DNA of 64,000 nt from contig NIVC01001646.1 of the NCBI GenBank assembly GCA_002269645.1, positions 62,001 to 126,000 of the forward strand. Reading direction: 5' to 3'. Position 1 is the first letter of the stretch. Every line of letters starts with the position of its first letter. Position numbers and translations under genes: made by a program. Positions 38,147 to 49,817 of the stretch are shown in pieces. The stretch comes from Macrostomum lignano (taxonomy: Eukaryota). A model generated the notes under the pieces. That model worked only from the letters and a program-made list of their open reading frames with translations, was not told the origin of the DNA and searched no databases.

Positions 38147-41100
38147 ATGTCAGCAGTTGACACGCAAGCTGCTCCAGCCTTGAACTGTTTCCGTCAGCTT
38201 CCACATCAGCAGCAATGTAAAACAAAAAGCCAAAGCTATTTTAACTGTCAGAAGCAGCAGAAGCAGCAGCAACAGCTACAGAAAAAACTGGGTGAGTCTA
38301 GGAATAACAAAATGAACCTATACTATATATTGTTGTCTATTCTTAGCTGTACCTTTTAGCTGTACCCTATATGTGTATGTATGAATTGAAGTATCAAGTA
38401 TTTGTAATATAACAATATAGGACATCATTTTATGTAATCTATACCTATAAAATGAAAATGCTATCTTACAGTTATATAGTTATATAGTTATATATAGAAA
38501 TTAGAATGCTACTAGTATTAGGCTAAGTCTGTTTTTTCAAGGCACAAAATAAAAATATACTTGATGTACTTATTATATAATAAATGATACTATTTTACAT
38601 ATAGCTTTTATATAGTTTTGAAAAAGTTATTGCAAAGCATTCAAACAAATATAGCTGTCTATTTAATAATTTTTAATGATTTGATATTCAGCAATTTTTT
38701 ATAAAGTAAGAACCTATATTTAAGGGTCCATATTAAATTTATTTAAAATAATAATAATGTCAGATTTGGCATCAAGCCAAACTTACTTACTTTAGAAGAC
38801 TTTAATTGAAATGAAAGTTTAAAAAAATATGCCTAGAAAAATTCCATATAAGCATTTTTATAGTAAGTTTTTGCCAATGATCTATATTATCTAAAGTACA
38901 TATGGTTCTTTTGAATTCCTTTAAGGCTTTACATGTACTTTATCCTTAACAGGTTCCATTGCCAGGAGCTACTCAGATCCCGATCTGCCTAGCAGCAATT
39001 CTGCTGCACAATTCAACTACAAAGACTCTCCTTTGTCATCAAGTTTGAAGTCGCCTCTAGATTATTCCATGGAGTCGCCCAACTATGTCGCAGTTTTCAA
39101 AGTCGATTGCGAGAACCAATCGACAGGACTGGCGCCGCCTTTGATGTTCCGGCACAGTTTCGACTGCCTGCTGGACCTGCTGAATGGCCACGGTGAGCGC
39201 GACGGCGAGGGCGACGGCGAAGGTAGAGGCAACGGCGAGGTTGAGGCTGAACCGCAACCAGCGCCAGCGGCCGCCGCCGAAGCCACCACCGCCGAAGCCA
39301 CCGCCGCCGAAGCCACCGCCGCCGACGTCCTGACGGTGGCGGGGGGGCCGCCGCTTCACAAGGCTGTCTCCGACTCTATTGGCAAGTCGATGAAAAAGCG
39401 AGTCATCTTTGCCGACGATGCTGGCAAACCGCTGCAGCAGGTCCGCGTGTTCAGCGAGCCCAGCTGGGCCCCGCCAAAGTTTCTGTCCATCAGTGAGTGC
39501 TGAAATGCCGACTTTGTACAGGCTGTTTCCCTCAGGCTGTTCACTGGCCTGTTTACCTCCCTCAGGCTGTTCACTGGGCTGTTTCCCTCAGGCTGTTCAC
39601 TGGGCTGTTTCCCTCAGGCTGTTCACTGGGCTGTTTACCTCCCTCAGGCTGTTCACTGGGCTGTTTCCCTCAGGCTGTTCACTGGCCTGTTTACCTCCCT
39701 CAGGCTGTTCACTGGGCTGTTTACCTCCCTCAGGCTGTTCACTGGGCTGTTTCCCTCAGGCTGTTCACTGGCCTGTTTACCTCCCTCAGGCTGTTCACTG
39801 GCCTGTTTCCCTCAGGCTGTTCACTGGCCTGTTTCCCTCAGGCTGTTCACTGGCCTGTTTCCCTCAGGCTGTTCACTGGCCTGTTTCCCTCAGGCTGTTC
39901 ACTGGCCTGTTTCCCTCAGGCTGTTCACTGGCCTGTTTACCTCCCTCAGGCTGTTCACTGGGCTGTTTACCTCCCTCAGGCTGTTCACTGGCCTGTTTCC
40001 CTCAGGCTGTTCACTGGCCTGTTTCCCTCAGGCTGTTCACTGGCCTGTTTCCCTCAGGCTGTTCACTGGCCTGTTTCCCTCAGGCTGTTCACTGGCCTGT
40101 TTCCCTCAGGCTGTTCACTGGCCTGTTTCCCTCAGGCTGTTCACTGGGCTGTTCCCCTCCCTCAGGTTGTTCACTGGCCTGTTTACCTCCCTCAGGCTGT
40201 TCACTGGCCTGTTTCCCTCCCTCAGGCTGTTCACTGGCCTGTTTCCCTCAGGCTGTTCACTGGCCTGTTTCCCTCAGGCTGTTCACTGGGCTGTTCCCCT
40301 CCCTCAGGTTGTTCACTGGCCTGTTTACCTCCCTCAGGCTGTTCACTGGCCTGTTTCCCTCCCTCAGGCTGTTCACTGGCCTGTTTCCCTCCCTCAGGTT
40401 GTTCACTGGCCTGTTTCCCTCCCTCAGGTTGTTCACTGGCCTGTTTCCCTCCCTCAGGTTGTTCACTGGCCTGTTTCCCTCCCTCAGGTTGTTCACTGGC
40501 CTGTTTCCCTCCCTCAGGTTGTTCACTGGCCTGTTTACCTCCCTCAGGCTGTTCACTGGGCTGTTTACCTCCCTCAGGTTGTTCACTGGCCTGTTTACCT
40601 CCCTCAGGCTGTTCACTGGCCTGTTTACCTCCCTCAGGTTGCTCACTGGGCTGTTTCCCTCAGGCTGTTCACTGGGCTGTTTACCTCCCTCAGGTTGTTC
40701 ACTGGGCTGTTTCTCTCAGGCTGTTCACTGGGCTGTTTACCTCCCTCAGGTTGTTCACTGGGCTGTTTCCCTCAGGCTGTTCACTGGGCTGTTTACCTCC
40801 CTCAGGTTGTTCACTGGGCTGTTTCCCCCTCCCTCAGGTTGTTCACTAGGCTGTTTCCCCCTCCCTCAGGTTGTTCACTGGGCTGTTTCCCTCCCTCAGG
40901 TTGTTCACTGGCCTGTTTCCCTCCCTCAGGTTGTTCACTGGCCTGTTTACCTCCCTCAGGCTGTTCACTGGCCTGTTTACCTCCCTCAGGTTGCTCACTG
41001 GGCTGTTTCCCTCCCTCAGGTTGTTCACTGGCCTGTTTACCTCCCTCAGGCTGTTCACTGGGCTGTTTACCTCCCTCAGGCTGTTCACTGGGCTGTTTAC

Positions 41101-43422
41101 CTCCCTCAGGTTGTTCACTGGGCTGTTTCCCTCAGGCTGTTCACTGGGCTGTTTACCTCCCTCAGGTTGTTCACTGGGCTGTTTCCCTCAGGCTGTTCAC
41201 TGGGCTGTTTACCTCCCTCAGGTTGTTCACTGGGCTGTTTCCCCCTCCCTCAGGTTGTTCACTAGGCTGTTTCCCCCTCCCTCAGGTTGTTCACTGGGCT
41301 GTTTCCCTCCCTCAGGTTGTTCACTGGCCTGTTTCCCTCCCTCAGGTTGTTCACTGGCCTGTTTACCTCCCTCAGGCTGTTCACTGGCCTGTTTACCTCC
41401 CTCAGGTTGCTCACTGGGCTGTTTCCCTCCCTCAGGTTGTTCACTGGCCTGTTTACCTCCCTCAGGCTGTTCACTGGGCTGTTTACCTCCCTCAGGCTGT
41501 TCACTGGGCTGTTTACCTCCCTCAGGTTGTTCACTGGGCTGTTTCCCCCTCCCTCAGGTTGTTCACTAGGCTGTTTCCCCCTCCCTCAGGTTGTTCACTG
41601 GGCTGTTCCCCTCCCTCAGGTTGCTCACTGGGCTGTTCCCCTCCCTCAGGTTGCTCACTGGGCTGCTTCCTTCCCTCAGGTTGTTCACTGGCCAGTTTTC
41701 CTCAGGGTTATTCACTGGGCTGCTTCCCTCAGGGTTATTCACTGGGCTGTTTCCCTCCCTCAGGTTGTTCAATGGGATATATGGGGGTGTATGCCGAAGC
41801 TAAAAAACTCCCGGCCCCGATCTTCCCCAAATCAGGGCCACTTCCAGCCGACCCGGACGCGGCCGATGACATTGAATACAGTTCGGACAAATCCGGCCAG
41901 TTCCGCTGCCAGTTTGCCCAACCCTCGTCAAAGTACATTCTGTTCAGAGAGAATGTGGAAAAGAATTGCGTATCGCTTAGCAATTTATATTTTGACGGGC
42001 TGACAGCTAAAGGCTCGGTCTCGGTGAAGAATATCAGCTTCAAAAAGAGAGTCTTTGTTCGGGTGAGCTTCGATCAATGGGCGAGCTATCGCGACTTTGA
42101 TGCGACTTACGCCAGCTCGCAGGACTCTCGTCAGGTGTGTCTCATTTTTCCGGATCTGGGACTGGGATCTGAAGACTGGGATCTGAGACTGGGATCTGAG
42201 ACTGGGATCTGAGATTGAGATCTGAGACTGAGATCTGAGACTGGTATCTTAGACTGGGATCTGAGACTGGTATCTGAGACTGGGATCTAAGACTGGGATC
42301 TGAGATTGAGACCTGAAGACAGGGATCTGAGACCTGAAGACAGGGATCTGAGACTGGGATCTGAGACTGGGATCTGAGACTGGGATCTGAGACTGGGATC
42401 TGAAGACTGGGATCTGAGACTGGGATCTGAAGACTGGGATCTGAGACTGAGACCCGAGATCGTGATCTGAGACTGGTATCTGAGACTGGGATCTAAGACT
42501 GGGATCTGAGATTGAGACCTGAAGACAGGGATCTGAGACCTGAAGACAGGGATCTGAGACTGGGATCTGAGACTGGGATCTGAAGACTGGGATCTGAGAC
42601 TGGGATCTGAAGACTGGGATCTGAGACTGAGACCCGAGATCGTGATCTGAGACTGGTATCTGAGACTGGGATCTGAAGACTGGGATCTGAAGACTGGGAT
42701 CTGAGACTGGGATCTGAAGACTGGGATCTGAAGACTGGGATCTGAGACTGGGATCTGAAGACTGGGATCTGAGACTGGGATCTGAGACTGGGATCTTAGA
42801 CTGGGATCTGAGACTGGGACCCGAAATCGGGATCTGAGACTGGGACCGGAGATCGGGATCTGAGACTTGGATCTGAGACTGAGACCCAAGATCGGGATCT
42901 GAGACTGGTGTCTGAGACTTGGATCTGAGACTGAGACCCAAGATGGGGATCTGAGACTGGTGTCTGAGACTGGGATCTGAGATTGGGATCTGAGATTAGG
43001 ATCCTGAGAGTGGGATCTGAGACAGGGATCTGAGACAGGGATCTGAAAAAGTGAATTTAATAGAATTGAATCCGAGGCCGGTAGCTCAGCCAAATATCAG
43101 GAAAAGTACGCGCTACATTCATTCCTCCAGCCATCCCTATCGCCATTCCCCGCAGGACTCATTCGTGTTCAGCTTCCCCTGCCCCGCCGACTTGGAGCGC
43201 GGCTTCGAATTCTGCGTCTGCTTCGAGGCCGAAGGCCAAGCCTTCTGGGACAGCAACTTGGGCGCGAACTACAAGGTGTCGGTGGCCAAGAAATCTGCTT
43301 CGTCCAAGTCCAGCAGGCCGGCCAATGCCTACACCAGCGACTACAAGCCCAACTATTCGGGCGTCACCGACTTCTCAGAGTTCTCTGTCTGGGACCACTT
43401 TGCCGATCGGGTATACTATTGA
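38147..43422 (+). CDS. PPP1R3: Glycogen-targeting protein phosphatase 1 regulatory subunit 3 (PPP1R3B/C/D-like, CBM21). Exons: 38147-38291, 38953-39492, 41836(or 41848)-42134, 43156-43422
   Basis: PP1-docking motif KKRVIFADDAGKPLQQVRVF in exon 2. CBM21 motifs in exons 3-4: GSVSVKNISFKKRVFVRVSFDQW and FEFCVCF..WDSNLGANY. Splice sites are GT-AG with matching phases 1/1/0 (CTGG|gtgagt, ttaacag|GT, ATCA|gtgagt, aaatcag|GG, CAG|gtgtgt, ccgcag|GAC). Start is accATG at 38147; an upstream in-frame ATG at 37922 is possible. Confidence 0.9.
39520..41765. repeat. 26-33-bp minisatellite filling PPP1R3 intron 2 (ctgttcactggcctgttt[acct]ccctcagg)
   Basis: Direct reading; a 416-bp block is duplicated (identical ORFs at 40846 and 41262). 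Confidence 0.97.
42155..43045. repeat. 12/13-bp minisatellite in PPP1R3 intron 3 (gagactgggatct)
   Basis: Direct reading. Confidence 0.95.
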
Positions 43423-43464
43423 TCTCTCGAGATCCTAGATTCTGCGCTCGTAATTTTTAGTGAT

Positions 43465-43865
43465 CCCAAATCCCAAATCCCATGATCCCAGATCCCATGA
43501 TGGCCCAGATCCCATAATCCCAGATCCCATGGTCCCAGATCTCGGATCACCTGATCCCAGATGCCAAAATCCCAGATCCCATAATCCCAGATCCCATAAT
43601 CCCAGATCCCATAATCCCAGATCCCATAATCCCAGATCCCATAATCCCAGATCCCATAATCCCGGATCCCATAATCCCGGATCCCATAATCCCAGAACCC
43701 ATAATCCCAGATCCCATAATCCCAGATTCCATAATCCCAGATCCCATAATCCCAGATCCCATAATCCCAGATCCCATAATCCCGAATCCAAAATCCCAAA
43801 TCCCATAATCCCGGATCCCATAATCCCAGATCCCATAATCACAGATCCCATAATCCCAAATCCCA
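43465..43865. repeat. 15-bp minisatellite 3' of the PPP1R3 stop (cccagatcccataat)
   Basis: Direct reading. Confidence 0.95.
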
Positions 43866-44070
43866 TGCCTCCAGATCTTTACAATCTCGAAGCCCTTTTA
43901 TCCCAGGTCCCAGCCATCCCGGATCTCAGATCCCCATCGCGAATTCCCATCATTCGTTTTGAAGGGACCATATCTATGGTCTAACACATGCGTTACTATG
44001 CGGATGGGTCCATTCGCATATGCATATTATCCATGCACTCATCATCCGGTGTAGCTTAGTCTCAATTAAA

Positions 44071-44530
44071 GTATTGGTTTTGTCAGCCTAACTGAGAGTG
44101 GAGCCATCCAAAGTGAGAATCCTGCCTACGCTGACTGCGAGGGGCCTGGCTGCGTGCGGCCTTGGTCTATGGGCCATAGACTATTAAGGATAAGCAAAGT
44201 GATGAAAAGCCATCCAATGTGAGAATCCTGCCTAAGCTGAATACGAAGGGCCTAGCTGCGTCCAGCCTAGTCTATGAGCCATAGACTATAAAGGATAAGC
44301 TAGGATTGGCTAGTCATATGGCTCAGAAGCTCAGAAGGTATAAAAATAAAAGAATACGACGCATAGACCAATCGATTCTCACATTGGATGGCTTTTTATC
44401 CCTTTGCTTGTCCTTTATTGTCTATGGCCCATAGACTGGGGCTGCACGCGGCCGGGCCCTTCGCAGTCGGCGTAGGCGGGATTCTCATTTTGGGTGGCTT
44501 TATTCTCAGTTAGGCTGACAAAAGCAATAC
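44071..44530. repeat. Inverted repeat / MITE-like element: 157-bp arms (44071-44227 and 44374-44530) built from ~106-bp subunits
   Basis: Ungapped manual alignment of the arms gives 137/157 identity. Each subunit contains the palindrome gtctatgg(g)ccatagac. A third subunit copy lies at ~44208-44300. No clear TSD. Confidence 0.85.
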
Positions 44531-44844
44531 TAGTAGTTGTTTACTGATTCGTCCCACTCATTAACAATCAGCACCAATGCTTTCTGCTGTGATTATCAGC
44601 TTTTTACTCTTAGATTAGCGTTTTTGTCTCTTAGACTGGTTGAATTGTTTTAGCGTTGGCAGCGGAAAATCCGTGGAAAAAAAGCCGAACTAAAAGATTT
44701 CGAAGACTATATTATAGAATTAAAATATGCGATTTTGTAGACTTTCTTTTTAGTAACACTATAGCTAAAATAGTAGAATCCAGCCGTTCTTTCCTGTTAC
44801 TTGTCTGTGCTTTACTACACATGTTGCATCAGTTGAAATGGCTT

Positions 44845-45420
44845 CTTAGGGCGCCAAGTAGGTGATGTCAGGAGGGCGTCAAGTAGGTGATGTCAGGAGG
44901 GCGCCAAGTAGTTGATGTCAGGAGGGCGTCAAGTAGTTGATGTCAGGAGGGCGCCAAGTAGATAAATGTCAAGAGGGTACCAAGTAGGTGATGTCAGAGA
45001 GGCGCCAAGTAGGTAATGTCAGGAGGGCGCCAAGTAGGTAATGTCAGGAGGGCGCCAAGTAGGTGACGTCAGAGAGGCGCCAAGTAGGTGATGTCAGGAG
45101 GGCGCCAAGTAGGTGATGTCAGGACGGCGCCAAGTAGGTGATGTCAGGAGGGCGCCAAGTAGGTGATGTCAAGAGGGCGCCAAGTAGGTGATGTCAGGAG
45201 GGCGCCAAGTAGGTAATATCAAGAGGGCGCCAAGTAGGTGATGTCAAGAGGGCGCCAAGTAGGTGATGTCAGGAGGGCGCCAAGTAGGTAATGTCAAGAG
45301 GGCGCCAAGTAGGTGATGTCAAGAGGGCGCCAAGTAGGTGATGTCAGGAGGGCGCCAAGTAGGTGATGTCAAGAGGGCGCCAAGTAGGTGATGTCAGGAG
45401 GGCGCCAAGTAGGTGATGTC
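44845..45420. repeat. 25-bp minisatellite (gggcgccaagtaggtgatgtcagga)
   Basis: Direct reading. Confidence 0.95.
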
Positions 45421-48107
45421 GAGAGGGGCATCTCCTACCCCGGACTACTGCGCTCTGGCCTCTGAGTCATTCTGCATAGCGGTGTAGATTTTTGTCAGCA
45501 ATGCATAGTAAATTTGAAGTATTTCTGTAGAAATTATGTCAAGGATTTTTGTTTTTTCATGACTTTTTCCGCGTCATTATTGCATGATTATTGACCTGAA
45601 TTGTTGATCGAATATGATGCTATTCACTGTTATTCTTGTCCCTTAAGGATAGATGTGATGGAGGATAGATGTGCAACAATTCTATTGAATTTTAACTTCC
45701 TGGCTAATAGTTTTGCACTTAAACCCCAAAAAACAGATGAAAAAATGCTTTCGTTCACCTCTTTCAAGTTAATAGTTATTAGTCTCCCAGACCTATTGAC
45801 TGTCTCTTTTACATCAATATTGCGAGCAACTCAGCAAAATTTGCCTTGAGATTCATTGAGATTCCCGAATCCTGACCAACGTGGTCTGTCTCTGCTCAAT
45901 CAAACAATATTTAATAATATTTTTCCCTGAGTGTTAAATTAAAGTTAAAATATAATTCGCAGAGAAATATATATTCAATAAGAATTGAATGTACCGTCTT
46001 TCGATATAAAAATGTAAGCTTTTGCTTGAGTTGTTATTATTTATTTATGTTAGCTTATTTGTTGATGTAGCTAATTACGAGCTGTATTTTAATAACCATA
46101 ATTATTGCGCGCGTCCAGACAGTATTTGATAATAACTTCGGTATGTTTATTTAAGCACACTTGGACAGTTGGGTAGTGTAGTGTATATACAGTGTTTGTT
46201 TTAGCTGCTGGAGACAAGAAAGGCTCTCGGTCTGGTTACATTATTTAGACTGTCATAAGATTATTTTATGCACTATTTATTAAGTTAGGCTTTTAACCAG
46301 TTAGGGCCTGCTAATTGCGTTACTTAAATCTCCTTGCCTTGTCCTCACTGCGCCGGGCACAGACAGACGGATATTTTTTATAGACTAAACTTAGAATAAA
46401 GGGCCGGCCGCCCGTTCACGCGTTAGTCTCTAATTAGTTTCGTTGACGGCTTTTAAATGTACGCTTAAAAATCTGTGTACCCCTGGAATGGGTGTGAGGG
46501 CGGGTTGGGGGAGGTGGGTACGTGTGGGGCAGGGGCAGAGTTTATCGATCGGTCCGGCGCGTAGCGGGCCTCGGAATGCAGCAGCTTCCAAAATACAATC
46601 CTGTTAATTTTGGCATGCAGTGCTAATGCCACCAGTTTAGTTACTAATAGTAACAAGCTAAAGATGGCTAAGCATTCTTTTGTTTGTATTGTAAAATAAT
46701 CATTATTAAGATATAGAAATTTAATAAACTATACTGTATGCATATGCATAGCTCAAAAATAGCTCGTTCCGGTCTCAATTTGAAAGAAATGACAATTTAT
46801 TTCTGCAACATCATTCAAATGACCTAATATTTTCTTTCATGCATCATATCTAAAAGATCGCATCTAGCATTGTGTAGACACATGGCCATTATAAATTGAC
46901 GCAGGCTAAGATAAGACAATAACAGCTCAACGTCACGTGACGCCAGGCCTGCAAGGCCTGCTCCTCTGTAAAATATAGTCGGCCTATTAACGAATGCCCT
47001 TGACATGCAACTTTATCTTAGGCTCATATCGTATACATGCATATTTTCTCGTGGCAAATCGGGGAAAAACTATATCGAATTACATTGCATTGTTGCAATG
47101 TTTATACGCTAGTTTTCTTTAAAAATGACCTTTACACGCACATGAACTCCGGTTAAAAACATTAATTCCAGGAACAATTAATTCATCCCAGCAAATTCTT
47201 CCTTTCTTTTTGCTACGCTAAACGCTTCGAGTCGAAATTTAAAGGCGCAATATAAATTGCTCCTACTCTGCAGATTTATTCGTCCTAAATGCTAAAAAAG
47301 GTTGATCGACCGTTTAAACCGTCATCGAACTATCAAACAGCACGGCACGATAATATACTCGTACAAATCGAGGATACTTTTATCAAAATTGACCAGCAAA
47401 AAAGCAAAATTGCAATTGTATTTACGAGTATTTAGGGCAATGTTTTGTTTTTACATTATTTTTTCCACTCCAATTGTATTAGTAGCACACATTGCAATAA
47501 TTCTAGAAATTTCTGATTTTGCCCTAATGATAAACATATAATTCCAAATTAAGTTGAGTTCCCACCCACGTGAACTCATTCTAGAACATTCTTTCTTCCA
47601 GAATGTGTTCCATCGAAAAAAACCTGGTTGCAATCTTTGAACACTATCTTGCGAACTATCTTACTTGTCATTAAATCAGTAATACCTAAGTATATGTTTT
47701 TCCCCACTTGTTTTATTTATTTATCGCTTACGCCCATAGATAAGTCAAACAAGCTGTGGGTAATGATGTATTTATTACTCAGTTCGTGTCAAGCAACAGA
47801 AATTCTAAAGTACTCGGGCCAATAAATAATTTTTTGGCCCGGCCAAATAAATTTCTTTCGCATCAAATAAATGCTTTTCTTTGTCTATGACCGGGCCTAA
47901 CTGGGTAATAATTAAGAACCACCGCCTACCGCCTTTACGCCTAATGTATCCCCCACTTGCCCCGGGCGAACGTCTATGGTCTCAGTGTAAATTTCATTTA
48001 TTTGCATCGGTGCAAATAAACGGTTTATTTCACTGTGCAAATGCTCTTTCGATACAATAAAGATACAACAATAAAGCTTGTAGCTCGTAGCAGTTTTTTA
48101 TTTATAA

Positions 48108-48278
48108 GATTGATTGTCGTAATATTTTTTTCCTTCGTTGCCTTCCCTATCAACCATAGACAACACTAGCTGTATGCTGGGTAAAAAGCCCTGAGATTAA
48201 TACAAGCACTTTCTGCGTTGTCTATAGTTGATGGGGAAGGCAACGAAGGGAATTAAAGTACAACGACAATCAAGCTCA
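48108..48278. repeat. Imperfect inverted repeat (~55-bp arms, ~55-nt loop)
   Basis: ttgattgtcg..ccttcgttgccttccctatcaaccatagacaac pairs with gttgtctatagttgatggggaaggcaacgaaggg..cgacaatcaa. Confidence 0.75.
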
Positions 48279-49715
48279 TAACTAGCTGCTATAAGCTTCA
48301 TTTGGTTTCAACTACATGTAAAAAGATAGAAGTGCTTTTGCTTAACTGTACAAGTTAAACCTTCGTCATACATGTACATGTACACAGCGAGATAAAAAGT
48401 TTATTTTTTTGTTACAATAAAAGGACAAATTGTCAAAAATTTGTGGAAAGGGAATTGTATTATCGTTTTAATTTCAACATACCAGGAGTTAAGTGTGTTG
48501 TGTCGTAACTTGACGGGTCAACTTAATGATAATATTGTTACGCTAATATTTCTACTATAAGTATGGTATAATGATGGGTTTCGACCTTTCGGCCCCCTTG
48601 TGGGGAAGCCTTCGGGCCTCAGGTCTCAGAAATAAATCAATTAGAGACCTGGCCCCCCACTCCTGTCAGATGGTCAGCCCCATGGTAGCTTGATCGTGTG
48701 GCGAGCAGTCTAGGTCCTATAGCTAAGAGAGGGATAGCGAGAGACAAGCAGGGAGAATTTTGAAGGTAGAAATTAGTTAATCCGCAGATTAGCTAACTCG
48801 CTGCCACCAGCCCGTACGTCCTGGCTCACCACACCGGGACTCTCGAAATCGGGCTTCCGACTAGAAGGGGCTTTGCACTTACATGCCAACCAGTGTCTTT
48901 TTGCTGTCAATCTCGAAGTCATAGCCGATGATAAGGGACACTGCTGGGACTTGATCGCATTGGCCATGCAGGTACAGAGGGGACTTGTGCAGGAGATTCT
49001 TGCAGTGGCGAGACTATGGGGTAGCTACATGTACTATTACATAGCTAAATACGAAGATATGTACTTTTGGCCTTCAACGCGCCAACCAGCCTCTCCTAGC
49101 GCTGATGATAGGCTAACTCGAACATCAGAGACCGCGCATGATTCATCACCCGAGCCGCTTGGCTAACCTAGAGTGCACAGAGTACACCTCTGGAGCCGAT
49201 TCTGCACTATTGGCAATTTCGCTAACTGATTTGATAGACTGATCGACTGAGAACTGCCTTGCCATTGGTCCACTATGACCGGCGCCTACTAGCTTAGCTA
49301 TTGATCTGAGCCATCGGCGAACAAAGAAATAAAACCGATGAAAATAACTGTTAGATTTAACCTTCTCCTTAGATCACTTCACACTTCAGATTGAATTGGA
49401 GTCTTAGACTACTAGCAGTATTATTGAATGACTTCTGCCTAGCTTAGTGCTTCGCAGCTGTAGGCCCGGGATGATGCTGATGTCACAATCTTCGCTGATA
49501 GCTAGCAGGTGATGCTCTTCACTTTGACGTTCACTGCTGATGACCGGGGGATTCGTCCTTGATGATGATGGGATCGCAATCCGGGGATCAAGAAACGACG
49601 GTCAATTTCTGCATGGCCGGTGGAGCCAAGGGTGGCACCCGGTCGCAAGAAGGTTTGCAGGGGTAGCACCCCGGAAAGGAAGAAGGTTGTAGTCCGAGCG
49701 GGCCAAAAACACCGG

Positions 49716-49817
49716 TTTAAATAGCCGCCAACTGGACCGCAGTTTGTTATAATGGAACACGTCGATTCTGATTGGCTGAGCCGATTTGTTAAAATGAGTG
49801 CCGAATTTTCTGATTGG
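49716..49817 (-). promoter_or_regulatory. Candidate Pol II promoter: two CCAAT boxes and a TATA-like element
   Basis: The minus strand reads AGCCAATCAGAA twice (49813-49817 and 49771-49775), then TATTTAAA at 49716-49723. Confidence 0.45.
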
